In this document: positions 30,816 to 40,399 of the stretch, one piece after another
Position numbering within the stretch: the stretch's first letter is position 1
Layout of the letters: every line of letters begins with the position of its first letter
From: an uncultured Erysipelotrichaceae bacterium
GTDB lineage: Bacteria; Bacillota_I; Bacilli_A; Erysipelotrichales; Erysipelotrichaceae
Direction: 5' to 3'
NCBI GenBank assembly: GCA_946537835.1
Contig: CAMNGB010000001.1
Location: 1-47,311 of the forward strand
Length of the DNA stretch: 47,311 bases
Made by a program: the position numbers and the translations under genes
Notes under the pieces: generated by a model
What the model was told of the DNA's origin: nothing
The model's input: the letters and a program-made list of their open reading frames with translations, nothing else
Databases searched by the model: none

Positions 30816-31352
30816 TCATGCCGTGAATGTGCCGCTCAGCCATGCATTCAGAACATTCCGCACCTTTTCGGCAGAAGTGACAGGAACTTCTTCCACGACC
30901 TGATAGCCTTTGACATGTATTTCCAGAATGCCTTTATCGGAACTCTGTTTCTGCTGTCTGACTTCAATGCGGGAAATGATCTCCCTTGTCCAGAAGCGGT
31001 AATCATAGCCGTTATGGCATACCAGCCAGTCACCGCCCAGCAGCACCTCATCCGACACCCTTCTGAAGGAAGTCTTTTCAAAGGGCTGGGATACGGTGGT
31101 TTCCAGGGAAGCGATACGGCGTCTGACACCGCGGCTGCGGCTGGACGCAATAAACAGATTGACCAGAATCGAAGTGACCATCACCGATCCCCAGATGACC
31201 AGTGAAAGGGTCAGGAACGAAGAATTGTCTCCCATCCAGAGCACTGCCGCCATCAGCAGAATGCCGACAATGCAGCCGATAATGATGCCGGTCAGGATCC
31301 CGTTCAGCCGGTTGATGCTTTCTATTTTCTTCAGATAAGATCTGTTTTCCAT
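30816..31352 (-). CDS. Hypothetical protein with two TM helices and a small C-terminal soluble domain
   Basis: GAGGTGG RBS before MENRSY; overlaps the miaA 3' end. Confidence 0.7.
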   Translation of the reverse strand: MENRSYLKKIESINRLNGILTGIIIGCIVGILLMAAVLWMGDNSSFLTLSLVIWGSVMVTSILVNLFIASSRSRGVRRRIASLETTVSQPFEKTSFRRVSDEVLLGGDWLVCHNGYDYRFWTREIISRIEVRQQKQSSDKGILEIHVKGYQVVEEVPVTSAEKVRNVLNAWLSGTFTA

Positions 31353-32245
31353 TTTATCCACCTCTCCGTATCCGCAAGAATGCGGGCTGTGATATCTGTT
31401 TCCGTCATGTCATACCAGTGTACCGGCATCTGATGATTGAACCATGTGTACTGGCGCTTGGCAAACTGACGGGAATGTTTCTGTATTTCTGCCATGACTT
31501 CTTCTTCGGAAGAACTGCCTTCAAAGTATGCCTGCCATTCCCGGTAGCCGATGCCCTTCATGGAAGGATGGGCAAATGTCACACCTTCCTTCAGCAATGT
31601 CTCGACTTCCTGTTTCAGACCTGCTTCGAACATCTGTTCCACTCTTCTGTCGATGCGCCGGTACAGTGTCTCACGGTTCATCGTACAGCCGATAATATAG
31701 GCGTCATAGATCATTTCATGATTCTGTTCCCGTTCGAGTTCACTCTGGCTCCGGCCGCTGCGCCTGGCAATCGTAAGGCTCCGCAGCAGCCGCCGGCGGT
31801 TGTTGACGTGAATCTTTTCCGCCTGCACCGGATCACATTCCTTCAGCATTGCATACAGTTCTTCATTGCTGCACTGCTCCAGTTCCGGATCGGCGGAAGG
31901 TCCTTCTTCCTCGGCAAACACATAGTCATACAGGCAGGCCTTGAGATACAGTCCGGTGCCGCCGCAGATGATCTTCATGTCTTCGCTTTCATCAATGATT
32001 TTCCGGGCTGCTTTCTGAAAGTCGGCAGCGCTGTATTCCTGTGTCGGTGAAAGAATATCGATCAGATAATGGCGGATGCCCTGCTTTTCTTCTTCCGTTA
32101 CCTTGCCGGAGCCGATATCCATGCCCCGGTAAACCTGAATCGAATCGCCGCTGATGATCTCACAGCCGTACTTCTGTGCCAGCTTTACCGACAGGGCCGT
32201 CTTGCCGGAGGCTGTCGGTCCGGCAATCACCAGCACCTTCTTCAT
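31331..32245 (-). CDS. miaA: tRNA dimethylallyltransferase
   Basis: GPTASGKT, DSIQVYRGMDIGSGK, GGTGLY, AKRQYTW. Confidence 0.97.
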   Translation of the reverse strand: MKKVLVIAGPTASGKTALSVKLAQKYGCEIISGDSIQVYRGMDIGSGKVTEEEKQGIRHYLIDILSPTQEYSAADFQKAARKIIDESEDMKIICGGTGLYLKACLYDYVFAEEEGPSADPELEQCSNEELYAMLKECDPVQAEKIHVNNRRRLLRSLTIARRSGRSQSELEREQNHEMIYDAYIIGCTMNRETLYRRIDRRVEQMFEAGLKQEVETLLKEGVTFAHPSMKGIGYREWQAYFEGSSSEEEVMAEIQKHSRQFAKRQYTWFNHQMPVHWYDMTETDITARILADTERWIKWKTDLI

Positions 32246-34080
32246 CGCAGGAACTCCTTTGTCAGTTCCTTCTCATCAAGGGTAATGAACGTCGGGCGTC
32301 CGTGCGGGCAGTGGTACGGATTTTCACACAGCGACAGCTGGCGGACAACCTCTTTCATCTCATCCATCGTCAGGCTGCGGTTGAAGCGGATCGAATGATG
32401 GCAGGCCATCGTTGCGATCTTTTTCTTTTCCATTCTCGTATATCTGCTTTCCCGTTCACTGCGGAACTGATCGATCACATCTTCCAGGAACTGCTGTTCC
32501 TCGACCTCCTGCATCCAGGAAGGAACGCTTCTGACGATCAGCGTATCTTTGCCGAACGGTTCAAATGTCACATGCAGGTCGGAAGCTGCTTCATTCAGCT
32601 CATCAACGCGGCTGACAATATCGCTGCCGGCATGCACGGTCAGAGGCACCAGACAGTCGGTCATGACCGGATTCCGGTTCAGTTTCTGACAGAACTCTTC
32701 ATAGTGAACCCGCTCCTGGGCAGCGTGCTGATCAATGATGATCAGCCCCCGGGCACAGGCGCAGAGAATAAACTTTTCATGAAGCTGGCCGATGACATCC
32801 ATATGCGGAAAGCTTCTCGTTTCCGGTGTATAGGACGCTGCCGGCTCCTGTATTGCGGAAACAGCTTCCAGAACCTTCCGGTCTTCTTCCGCCTCCCGCA
32901 TGATTTCCGTTCTGCTTTCCTCATGCAGGACCGTCACGGCAGCCGGTTTTTCTTCTTCCGCTTCAAACAGGGCACTCTGCACCGGTTTCGGCTGTGCCTG
33001 TCTGCGGTCTGCTTCCCGGATCAGGGCATCGGTATCAAATGACAGCGGTTCATAGTAATCGGTGCGGGCAGCACGGATCTCTGCCGCCGGTGCCAGCAGT
33101 GAAGACTGCAGTGCCTTCCGCACTTCGTCCCGGATCAGATATTCCAGCTGGTTTTCCTTGGAAAGACGCACCTCCCATTTGGAGGGATGGACATTGACAT
33201 CGAGCAGATGCGGATCCATTTCAATATTCAGCACGCACATCGGATAGCGGCCCTTGACGATAAAGTCTTCGTAACCGTCCTGAACCGCCTTGTACAGACG
33301 GTAGGTGCGGACCATGCGGCCGTTGAGGAATACGTGCATCATGTTTCTGGAGGCACGGGTCAGAGACGGCTTGATCAGATATCCGGACACCTGATAGTCA
33401 TAGTCGCTGAACTGCACCGGAACCGCACTTTCCGATGCGGCTCTGCCGTAAACCTGGAAGATCACTTCCAGAAGGTTTCCCTGTCCGGTCGTCATGAACG
33501 TTTCCCGGCCGTCACTGTAAAGATGGAACGATATCTCCGGATGCGACAGGGCAAAGCTGCCGATCACATTCTGAATCAGAGAAGCTTCATAGGCCCCGCT
33601 GCGCATATGCTTGAGCCGGGCCGGTGTCTGATAGAACAGCCCTTCGACCGTGATTTCCGTTCCCTGGTTGCAGGGATAGGGTCCTGCCGAAACGGTTTTT
33701 CCGTATTCAACGACCAGACGGGTGGACTCATTGCCGTCCGAGGTCGTCAGCGTCAGTTTTGAGACACTGGCAATCGACGGCAGTGCTTCACCGCGGAAAC
33801 CGAGGGTATGAATCGACCAGAGATCGTTCTGGGAACGGATCTTCGATGTCGCATGGCGCTGAAATGCCATCTGGGCATCGCTGCTGTCCATGCCGATACC
33901 GTTGTCGGCGACTGTCAGTTTCTGAATTCCGCCTTCTTCCATACTGATATCGATTCTTGTGGCTTCGGCATCAATGGCATTTTCCACAAGTTCCTTGACG
34001 ACCCCCATCGGTCTCTCAACGACCTCACCGGCGGCGATCATATTTGCTGTCTGTGCATCAAGCTGTCTGATTCTTCCCAT
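32242..34080 (-). CDS. mutL: DNA mismatch repair endonuclease MutL
   Basis: IAAGEVVERP, HATSKI, GFRGEAL, DVNVHP, DQHAAQER, ACH, CPHGRP. Confidence 0.98.
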   Translation of the reverse strand: MGRIRQLDAQTANMIAAGEVVERPMGVVKELVENAIDAEATRIDISMEEGGIQKLTVADNGIGMDSSDAQMAFQRHATSKIRSQNDLWSIHTLGFRGEALPSIASVSKLTLTTSDGNESTRLVVEYGKTVSAGPYPCNQGTEITVEGLFYQTPARLKHMRSGAYEASLIQNVIGSFALSHPEISFHLYSDGRETFMTTGQGNLLEVIFQVYGRAASESAVPVQFSDYDYQVSGYLIKPSLTRASRNMMHVFLNGRMVRTYRLYKAVQDGYEDFIVKGRYPMCVLNIEMDPHLLDVNVHPSKWEVRLSKENQLEYLIRDEVRKALQSSLLAPAAEIRAARTDYYEPLSFDTDALIREADRRQAQPKPVQSALFEAEEEKPAAVTVLHEESRTEIMREAEEDRKVLEAVSAIQEPAASYTPETRSFPHMDVIGQLHEKFILCACARGLIIIDQHAAQERVHYEEFCQKLNRNPVMTDCLVPLTVHAGSDIVSRVDELNEAASDLHVTFEPFGKDTLIVRSVPSWMQEVEEQQFLEDVIDQFRSERESRYTRMEKKKIATMACHHSIRFNRSLTMDEMKEVVRQLSLCENPYHCPHGRPTFITLDEKELTKEFLR

Positions 34081-34140
34081 ATCGTTTTACCTTGTCCCAT
34101 TATACAACAGAAAGCCGGCGAATCTGCCGGCTTCACTGTA

Positions 34141-34791
34141 TTATTCGGGATTCAGATATGCCCGGTATGCTCTCTCTTCAAGATAGAGAAGATGCCATTC
34201 TTCATTTTCCTTTACTTTCCGGACAGCCTCCTCAAATTTTTCACACAGTTCGCCTTCGCCCTGTCCTTCCCGGAAATACCGGATGATTCTCTGCATCTGA
34301 GGGTCGTCCGCTTCCGTTTCTTCATGCAGGGAAACCAGCACGCCTTCAATGACCCAGTGTTCATCATCGTCCGGACAGAGATCCTCTCCCCGCAGGATCA
34401 GACGCATGACCGGCTGGTCACAGTGGAACGGATCGCTGCGGCTGATTGTCAGATTCAGGGTTCTGCCGTTTTTCTTTTCGCCGGAACGGCGCCTGCACTG
34501 ATATCTGTCTTCCTTTTCTTCCTTCAGTTCATGAATATAATCCAGACACAGGATCACTTCTCCGTCTTCCGTTTCGGCCGATGCCCGGAACGACGGATCG
34601 GTGCGGGCACCGTGCAGAATTTCTGCCAGTGTGGGTTTCATTTCTCTGATCCGGATAATTCCGGCCTGCGGAAAGAAAACCTTCATCAATTCTGAAAGAA
34701 GCCATGGCTGTTCATAAAACACCAGGGAAAAGATCATCGGATCGCGGATATCTGCCGTTTCCCACGCCAGATCCGCCTGCAGTTTTTTCAT
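34141..34791 (-). CDS. Divergent, probably inactive Rpn/PD-(D/E)XK-like protein
   Basis: Aligns by eye with the 45930 Rpn protein (MIFSLVF..LLSELM..FFP, SDPF, VRKVKENEEW) but lacks the RLD and VEMQ motifs; AAAGGAG RBS; hairpins on both sides. Confidence 0.6.
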   Translation of the reverse strand: MKKLQADLAWETADIRDPMIFSLVFYEQPWLLSELMKVFFPQAGIIRIREMKPTLAEILHGARTDPSFRASAETEDGEVILCLDYIHELKEEKEDRYQCRRRSGEKKNGRTLNLTISRSDPFHCDQPVMRLILRGEDLCPDDDEHWVIEGVLVSLHEETEADDPQMQRIIRYFREGQGEGELCEKFEEAVRKVKENEEWHLLYLEERAYRAYLNPE

Positions 34792-34830
34792 TGCTGTCTC
34801 TCCTTTCATATTTTATATAGAGAGACATAT

Positions 34831-34863
34831 GAAAAAAGCCTCTCGGTTTTTTTGAGAGGCTTC
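34831..34863 (-). terminator. pepD terminator
   Basis: AAGCCTCTC...GAGAGGCTT followed by a T-run on minus. Confidence 0.75.
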
Positions 34864-34868
34864 GTCGA

Positions 34869-36299
34869 TTATCTGCTGCGTTCCAGCACTTCGCACAGTA
34901 CCGCAAAGGCTCTGTCGAAAGATGCCAGATCCAGTTTCTCTTCCGGTGTATGTGCTCCTTCGGCAACCGGTCCGTAGGTAATGATATCAAGTTCTTCATC
35001 CAGACCCTTGAAGATACCGCACTCCAGACCGCCGTGGGCTGCTTCTTCCTTCAGATCAATGCCGCGTTCCTTAAGCACTTCCCTGAGCAGCTTCCGCAGA
35101 CCGGATGTTTCGGTAAATCCCCAGCCGGCATAGCGGTCGGTGACTTCAAAGTTTACACCGACGATATCGGCCAGTGCCTGCAGATGATTGATCATATCAT
35201 CGGTATGCGATGCCAGGGCGCTGCGGATCAGATCTTCGATCAGAATCTCGTCTTCCTTTGTTGTGACGACACCGGCATTCAGGGATGAAACCGTCAGTCC
35301 TTCAATGACAACGGAACGGTGCTGGAAGCCGTCAATCATCAGATACAGATAGTTCAGGAATTGATCCCCGTCTTTTTGGGCAATGACTTTCGGTGCTTCT
35401 GCCTTCTCGAAAACAGCCCGGAAGTCAGGATCGCTGAATTCGTATTCTCCCTTGATCTTCGCTTCGCTTTCACGTACGGCTGCTTCGATTGTTTCCGGAG
35501 CAGTTTCACTGACAAATACGGCATCTGCTTCCCTCGCAATCGCATTGAATTTCAGGCCGCCGTTAAAGCAGGCGAGCTGCACGTCGATTCCCTGCATCTG
35601 CAGTTCCTTCAGTATTCTTGCCAGCAGCGTATTGGCATTGCCGAGTTCCTTATGAATCAGAGCCCCGGAATGACCGCCCTTCAGACCGCGGATCCGCACG
35701 GCATATGCCGGCTTCGCATTGTCTTCGAAATGAACCGGGCAGTGCACAAGTCCGGTCGCGCCGCCGGAGGAGCTGACGGTTGTTCTGACTTCACCGCCGC
35801 CGTCCAGATTGATCAGCTTCTTTCCGTGCAGGTCTTCCTTCTTCAGATTGGAAGCACCCAGCAGTCCGATTTCTTCCATGGAAGTAAACAGACAGGAAAT
35901 CGCAGGGTGTTTCAGTTCATCGTTTTCCAGAATTGCCAGCATATAGGCAACACCGTATCCGTCATCGGCACCGAGGGTTGTGCCTCTGGCCTTCAGCCAG
36001 CCGTCTTCGACATACAGATCCAGCGGATCCTTTTCAAAATCATGTTCGACATCATTGTTCTTCTCACATACCATGTCAATATGCGCCTGCATGATGACCG
36101 GTACGCTGTCTTCATAGCCCGGTGATGCCGGCTTGTCGATAATGACATTCCAGACTTCATCCTGCTTATAAGGCAGTCCGTGTTCCTTCGCAAAGGAAAC
36201 CAGGTAGTCGCTGATTGCCTTTTCATTGCGGGAACCGCGCGGGATTTTTGAAATTTCATTGAAGTAATAGCAGTGTCTTTTGTTCAGATCAAACTCCAT
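34869..36299 (-). CDS. pepD: Aminoacyl-histidine dipeptidase (M20)
   Basis: QAHIDMVCEK, TTLGADDG, EEIGL, GGHSG, HGGLECG, HTPEE; start MEFDL with AGGAGG RBS. Confidence 0.93.
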   Translation of the reverse strand: MEFDLNKRHCYYFNEISKIPRGSRNEKAISDYLVSFAKEHGLPYKQDEVWNVIIDKPASPGYEDSVPVIMQAHIDMVCEKNNDVEHDFEKDPLDLYVEDGWLKARGTTLGADDGYGVAYMLAILENDELKHPAISCLFTSMEEIGLLGASNLKKEDLHGKKLINLDGGGEVRTTVSSSGGATGLVHCPVHFEDNAKPAYAVRIRGLKGGHSGALIHKELGNANTLLARILKELQMQGIDVQLACFNGGLKFNAIAREADAVFVSETAPETIEAAVRESEAKIKGEYEFSDPDFRAVFEKAEAPKVIAQKDGDQFLNYLYLMIDGFQHRSVVIEGLTVSSLNAGVVTTKEDEILIEDLIRSALASHTDDMINHLQALADIVGVNFEVTDRYAGWGFTETSGLRKLLREVLKERGIDLKEEAAHGGLECGIFKGLDEELDIITYGPVAEGAHTPEEKLDLASFDRAFAVLCEVLERSR

Positions 36300-36319
36300 T
36301 TTGAATGCCTCCTGATTCT

Positions 36320-36862
36320 CTATAATTTTGACAGCCAGCCGATGAGACGGTCCAGCCATGTTTCTCCGCTCTGTTTTTTACGGGCGATATAATCCATCCG
36401 CACAGCTTCGATGCCGCTGTCACTGATATGCACAAGCATATAGCAGGGCGGACTGCCGTCACGGTTATGACGCAGCGATCCCGGATTCAGCAGACGTACC
36501 CCATCCACCGTAAGATCGTCATATGTATGGACATGTCCGAAGAATACGGTATCACAGCCCTGTGCCTTTGCCCGCCTTGCCATCGGCTCATAGTGGAAGT
36601 AGGAGAGAAAATCCATATGTCCGTGACAGATATAGATCCGGTGTCCTCCCGCTTCGAGAATCCGCTGGTCCGGGGCGTTGTTTCCCAGGGCAAAATCATT
36701 GTTGCCGCGGACGCACAGGAAGCCTTCCAGTTCATCAATCGTCATTTCCGAATCGCCGCAGTGTACGAAATAGTCATAATCGGCATACATTTCCCTGAGA
36801 ACCTTCAGCGCTTCCCTGTCGCCGTGATTGTCCGATACCAGCAGAATCCTTACCGTGTTCAT
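36320..36862 (-). CDS. YfcE/YsnB family metallophosphoesterase
   Basis: SDNHG, HCGD, VRGNND, CHGH, FGHVH, NPGS. Confidence 0.92.
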   Translation of the reverse strand: MNTVRILLVSDNHGDREALKVLREMYADYDYFVHCGDSEMTIDELEGFLCVRGNNDFALGNNAPDQRILEAGGHRIYICHGHMDFLSYFHYEPMARRAKAQGCDTVFFGHVHTYDDLTVDGVRLLNPGSLRHNRDGSPPCYMLVHISDSGIEAVRMDYIARKKQSGETWLDRLIGWLSKL

Positions 36863-36953
36863 GTATCGATTATAAACTGTCTTTGACCGGGATGATATTG
36901 CCTGCCCGCAAGTTTTGAAAAAAGAGGTGATTTCTCACCTCTTCAGCATTGTG

Positions 36954-38123
36954 TTAAATCTGGGCAATGCCTTCCCTGACTGCGACATCGGCCACTGCCT
37001 TTGCGACTGTCTTTGCGGCTTCGGGATGGAAGACACTGACAATGATGTTTTCATCGCCGAGTTCTTCTTCCTTTATCAGTGAAGCTATCGCTTCGGCTGC
37101 TGCCAGCTTCATATCCTCATTGATTTCCCTTGCCCTGACATCCAGAGCGCCGCGGAAGATACCCGGGAAGACCAGCAGATTGTTGATCTGGTTCGGGAAA
37201 TCACTGCGGCCGGTGCCGACGATTCTTGCGCCTGCTTCCCTGGCAAGATCCGGCATGATTTCGGGTGTCGGATTGGCCATCGGGAAAACACATGCGTCAT
37301 GATTCATGGATTTTACCATTTCCGGTGTCACAATATTGCCGACCGATACGCCGATGAATACATCGGCTCCGTTCATGGCATCTTTCAGAGTGCCGGTCAG
37401 ATGTTCCGGGTTGGTAATCTTTGCCAGATCCTTCTGGGCATCATTCAGAGCTGTCTCTTCCGTGAGAATGCCGTTTATGTCACAGAATACGACATTCTTT
37501 GCGCCGTATTCCATCAGCAGTCTGCCGATGGCTGTTCCGGCCGATCCGGCACCGTTGATGACAATGCGGATATCGGCAATGTTCTTTTTAACAACCTTCA
37601 GGGCATTGATCAGAGCGGCCAGCAGAACGATGGCGGTGCCGTGCTGATCATCATGGAACACCGGAATATTCAGGCGTTCCTTCAGTTTTCTCTCAATTTC
37701 AAAGCAACGCGGTGCGGCAATATCTTCCAGGTTGATGCCGCCGAAAGTCGGGGCAATGCGGCATACCGTTTCAACGATCTCATCGGTGTCCTTTGTGTCC
37801 AGACAGATCGGAAAGGCATCGACATCGGCAAACTGCTTGAACAGAATGGCCTTGCCTTCCATGACCGGAAGACCTGCCTCCGGTCCGATATCACCGAGTC
37901 CGAGCACGGCTGTGCCGTCGGTAACAACTGCCACCAGGTTGCCCTTGGCCGTATATTTATAGACATCCTCCCTGTTTTCGGCGATTTTGCGGCACGGAGC
38001 AGCAACGCCGGGAGTATACTCGATGCTCAGATCGTCCCTTGTCTTCAGTTCGGTTTTCGATACGACTTCAATCTTTCCCTTGTGTTCTTCATGAAACTTC
38101 AGTGACAGCTCATCGTAGTTCAT
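36954..38123 (-). CDS. NAD(P)-dependent malic enzyme
   Basis: [54 protein letters not shown]. Confidence 0.95.
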   Translation of the reverse strand: MNYDELSLKFHEEHKGKIEVVSKTELKTRDDLSIEYTPGVAAPCRKIAENREDVYKYTAKGNLVAVVTDGTAVLGLGDIGPEAGLPVMEGKAILFKQFADVDAFPICLDTKDTDEIVETVCRIAPTFGGINLEDIAAPRCFEIERKLKERLNIPVFHDDQHGTAIVLLAALINALKVVKKNIADIRIVINGAGSAGTAIGRLLMEYGAKNVVFCDINGILTEETALNDAQKDLAKITNPEHLTGTLKDAMNGADVFIGVSVGNIVTPEMVKSMNHDACVFPMANPTPEIMPDLAREAGARIVGTGRSDFPNQINNLLVFPGIFRGALDVRAREINEDMKLAAAEAIASLIKEEELGDENIIVSVFHPEAAKTVAKAVADVAVREGIAQI

Positions 38124-38274
38124 TCTTTCTTCCTCGCTTTCGGTTTTCAGTACTCATTACAAATAACGCATATTATACCCGCCGTCAAGAAAATAACCGG
38201 CGTTTCTCATCTTTCACTCTGCCTGCGGCAGTCTGTTTCTTCTTATCAAAAAAACTGCAGATTTCTCTGCAGTC

Positions 38275-38868
38275 CTAGTTGCTGTCGCTGTTCTCTTCGG
38301 CAGGCGCTTCACCTTCTGCAGGTGTCTCGCCTTCTGCCGGAGCGGCTTCTTCACCGATCTTGAATGTTACGGAATAGATATCACCTTCCACCGCTTCGGT
38401 GCTGTCGCCTTCGGTGTAGTAATCCTGTGTCTTCAGTGCGAAATCCGTCTTTTCCGGCGGTACGGCAAAGATCAGTTCACCCGATTTGGAAGAAGCTTCA
38501 CCTAAATCGTACTGAGCCGGCAGCTGTCTGTCGCTCAGCTGTGTTGTCGTATACATCGAGATCGGATAATCGTAGTCCTGATCTCCTTCTCCCCAGGAAA
38601 TAAAGAAGTCCGAGTCTGACATCGTAATTGCATTTTTGCTGCTGTTGGTGACTGTTACGTCCACAACCAGAAGCTTATAGCCGTCATGACCCAGCATGCC
38701 CTGCATTTCATCTTCAAGCCTGGCAGTTGTTACGGTGTAATCAAAGAACATCGTTGAAATGGTGTCTCCGATTCCGCCGTTCAAAGTTTTTGCACCACCC
38801 GATCCGCTGCATCCGGCGACAGAAAGTGCCAGCAGTCCTGCCGCAGCAGCAGTCAATATTTTTTTCAT
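38275..38868 (-). CDS. Lipoprotein with DUF4352-like Ig fold
   Basis: Lipobox VAGC, LLVVDVTVTN, SGELIFAVP, acidic Pro/Ala tail. Confidence 0.8.
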   Translation of the reverse strand: MKKILTAAAAGLLALSVAGCSGSGGAKTLNGGIGDTISTMFFDYTVTTARLEDEMQGMLGHDGYKLLVVDVTVTNSSKNAITMSDSDFFISWGEGDQDYDYPISMYTTTQLSDRQLPAQYDLGEASSKSGELIFAVPPEKTDFALKTQDYYTEGDSTEAVEGDIYSVTFKIGEEAAPAEGETPAEGEAPAEENSDSN

Positions 38869-38942
38869 ATGATTTCCCTCACCAATAACAGTATGATATC
38901 AAATTTTATCCGTAAACTGAATGCCTGTTTAAGGCTTTTCAC

Positions 38943-40352
38943 TCAGCGGCTGACGGTAAACAGATACAGCCATCCGCTCTGCGGCACATAGATACCGGTT
39001 CCGATCTTCCTTTCATCGCGGTCATATACTTCCGCTTCGGCCGCTTCACCGTATTCATTCCGCAGGAATACAACCTTCGAGTAGTCCGCAAACGGCGATG
39101 TATCCTTCGCTTCATGTTCGATGATCATTGCCGTGACATTGCCTTCTTCATCATATTCATACACTGCGTCTTCCCGGATATCCGTATAGGACACTGCCTG
39201 CGCTGCCGGCAGGTCCCCGCCCGGTATCCACCGTACATCATAGACCGTATCTTCACCATAGAAGAAGTCTCCGTACTGCGATGTGCGCAGTGTCCCGCTT
39301 TTTCCGGCAGTCATCTTCTGCCAGTGCGAGGATTCGTCATATACCATTTCCACCGTATAGAGAACATTGCCGCGTTCATTCAGACACGCTGCCTTGACCA
39401 GCTGTCCGTACATATTCCAGACCCGTCCGTCTTCACTCTGCCAGGTGCCGTTTTCGGCAATCGCCTTCAGTCTGTAATCGATATAAATGCTCGGCTGCAG
39501 ATCCTGCGCCCGCATCAGGGCTTCTTCTGCCTTGGCCGTACTGCCGTTCTGCAGATGCCGGTCAGCCTGTTTCAGCAGGCAGATCACCATCTGTCCGGCA
39601 GAATACTGATCGTCGCGGTATTTTTCGTGATAATCCTCATAGAATGTATAGGCATTGACATCATCTCCGGACATCAGATAGGCATCCGCCGTACGCAGAA
39701 CCGCATGATCGCCTTCTCCCCAGGCAGCGGCTGTTCCGAAGGCCTTGACGGCTCCTTCATAATCACCGCTTTTCATCAGTTCTTCGCCTCTGGCAAACTG
39801 CGAATTCGAATAGGAACGCACGGAAATAAAGACGCCGACGATCAGAACCACCGCTGCCGCGATACCGATGACGGCCCGCAGTGAAAGTCTGAAGCCTTCC
39901 TTTTCCTTTGGCTTCGGCTGCGGCGGCAGACTGATATCTTCGGCAATGACACTTTCTTCCTGTTTCCCTGCCAGAGTGTATGCACTCTGCAGCAATGCCC
40001 TGACATATCCCTCACTGATGCCGAGTTCCTCTGCAACTGCGGCGTTGTCGAGATGTTCAAAGGTTTTCATCAGACTGACAATACGTTCTTCGTAGTCCAT
40101 TTCTGCCAGGTCTTTCTGCAGATCACTGACTGCCGTCAGTTCCTGCATATTATCCTGCGGCTCCCGGACATTCTCAAAAAGATCCCGGTCGCGCTGCTGG
40201 ACATACATGACGCTCAGCACTCTTGTTTTCCGTACCGGATCGGGATCGTTTACCGCTTCCTGTGCAATCCGTTTTGCTTCGGCTCCGTTTCCGGTATAGC
40301 CTTCCGCCAGATCTTTCAGAAACTCCTCATTTGTATGATTGAATTCTGTCAT
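38943..40352 (-). CDS. Membrane protein: sigma-70/ECF-like N-terminal domain, one TM helix, TPR-like C-terminal region
   Basis: EERIVSLMKTFEHLDNAAVAEELGISEGYVRALLQSA (sigma region 4 pattern); TM AVIGIAAAVVLIVGVFISV; GDYEGAVKAF and ADAYLMSGD TPR-like helices; AGGTGA RBS. Confidence 0.7.
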   Translation of the reverse strand: MTEFNHTNEEFLKDLAEGYTGNGAEAKRIAQEAVNDPDPVRKTRVLSVMYVQQRDRDLFENVREPQDNMQELTAVSDLQKDLAEMDYEERIVSLMKTFEHLDNAAVAEELGISEGYVRALLQSAYTLAGKQEESVIAEDISLPPQPKPKEKEGFRLSLRAVIGIAAAVVLIVGVFISVRSYSNSQFARGEELMKSGDYEGAVKAFGTAAAWGEGDHAVLRTADAYLMSGDDVNAYTFYEDYHEKYRDDQYSAGQMVICLLKQADRHLQNGSTAKAEEALMRAQDLQPSIYIDYRLKAIAENGTWQSEDGRVWNMYGQLVKAACLNERGNVLYTVEMVYDESSHWQKMTAGKSGTLRTSQYGDFFYGEDTVYDVRWIPGGDLPAAQAVSYTDIREDAVYEYDEEGNVTAMIIEHEAKDTSPFADYSKVVFLRNEYGEAAEAEVYDRDERKIGTGIYVPQSGWLYLFTVSR

Positions 40353-40361
40353 TGTCTTCAC

Positions 40362-40392
40362 CTGAAAAAAAGATGCTTTTCAGCATCTTCAT
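40362..40392 (-). terminator. Terminator-like hairpin after the FHA gene
   Basis: Minus strand AAGATGCT-GAAA-AGCATCTT-TTTTT. Confidence 0.65.
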
Positions 40393-40399
40393 TTTAGCA

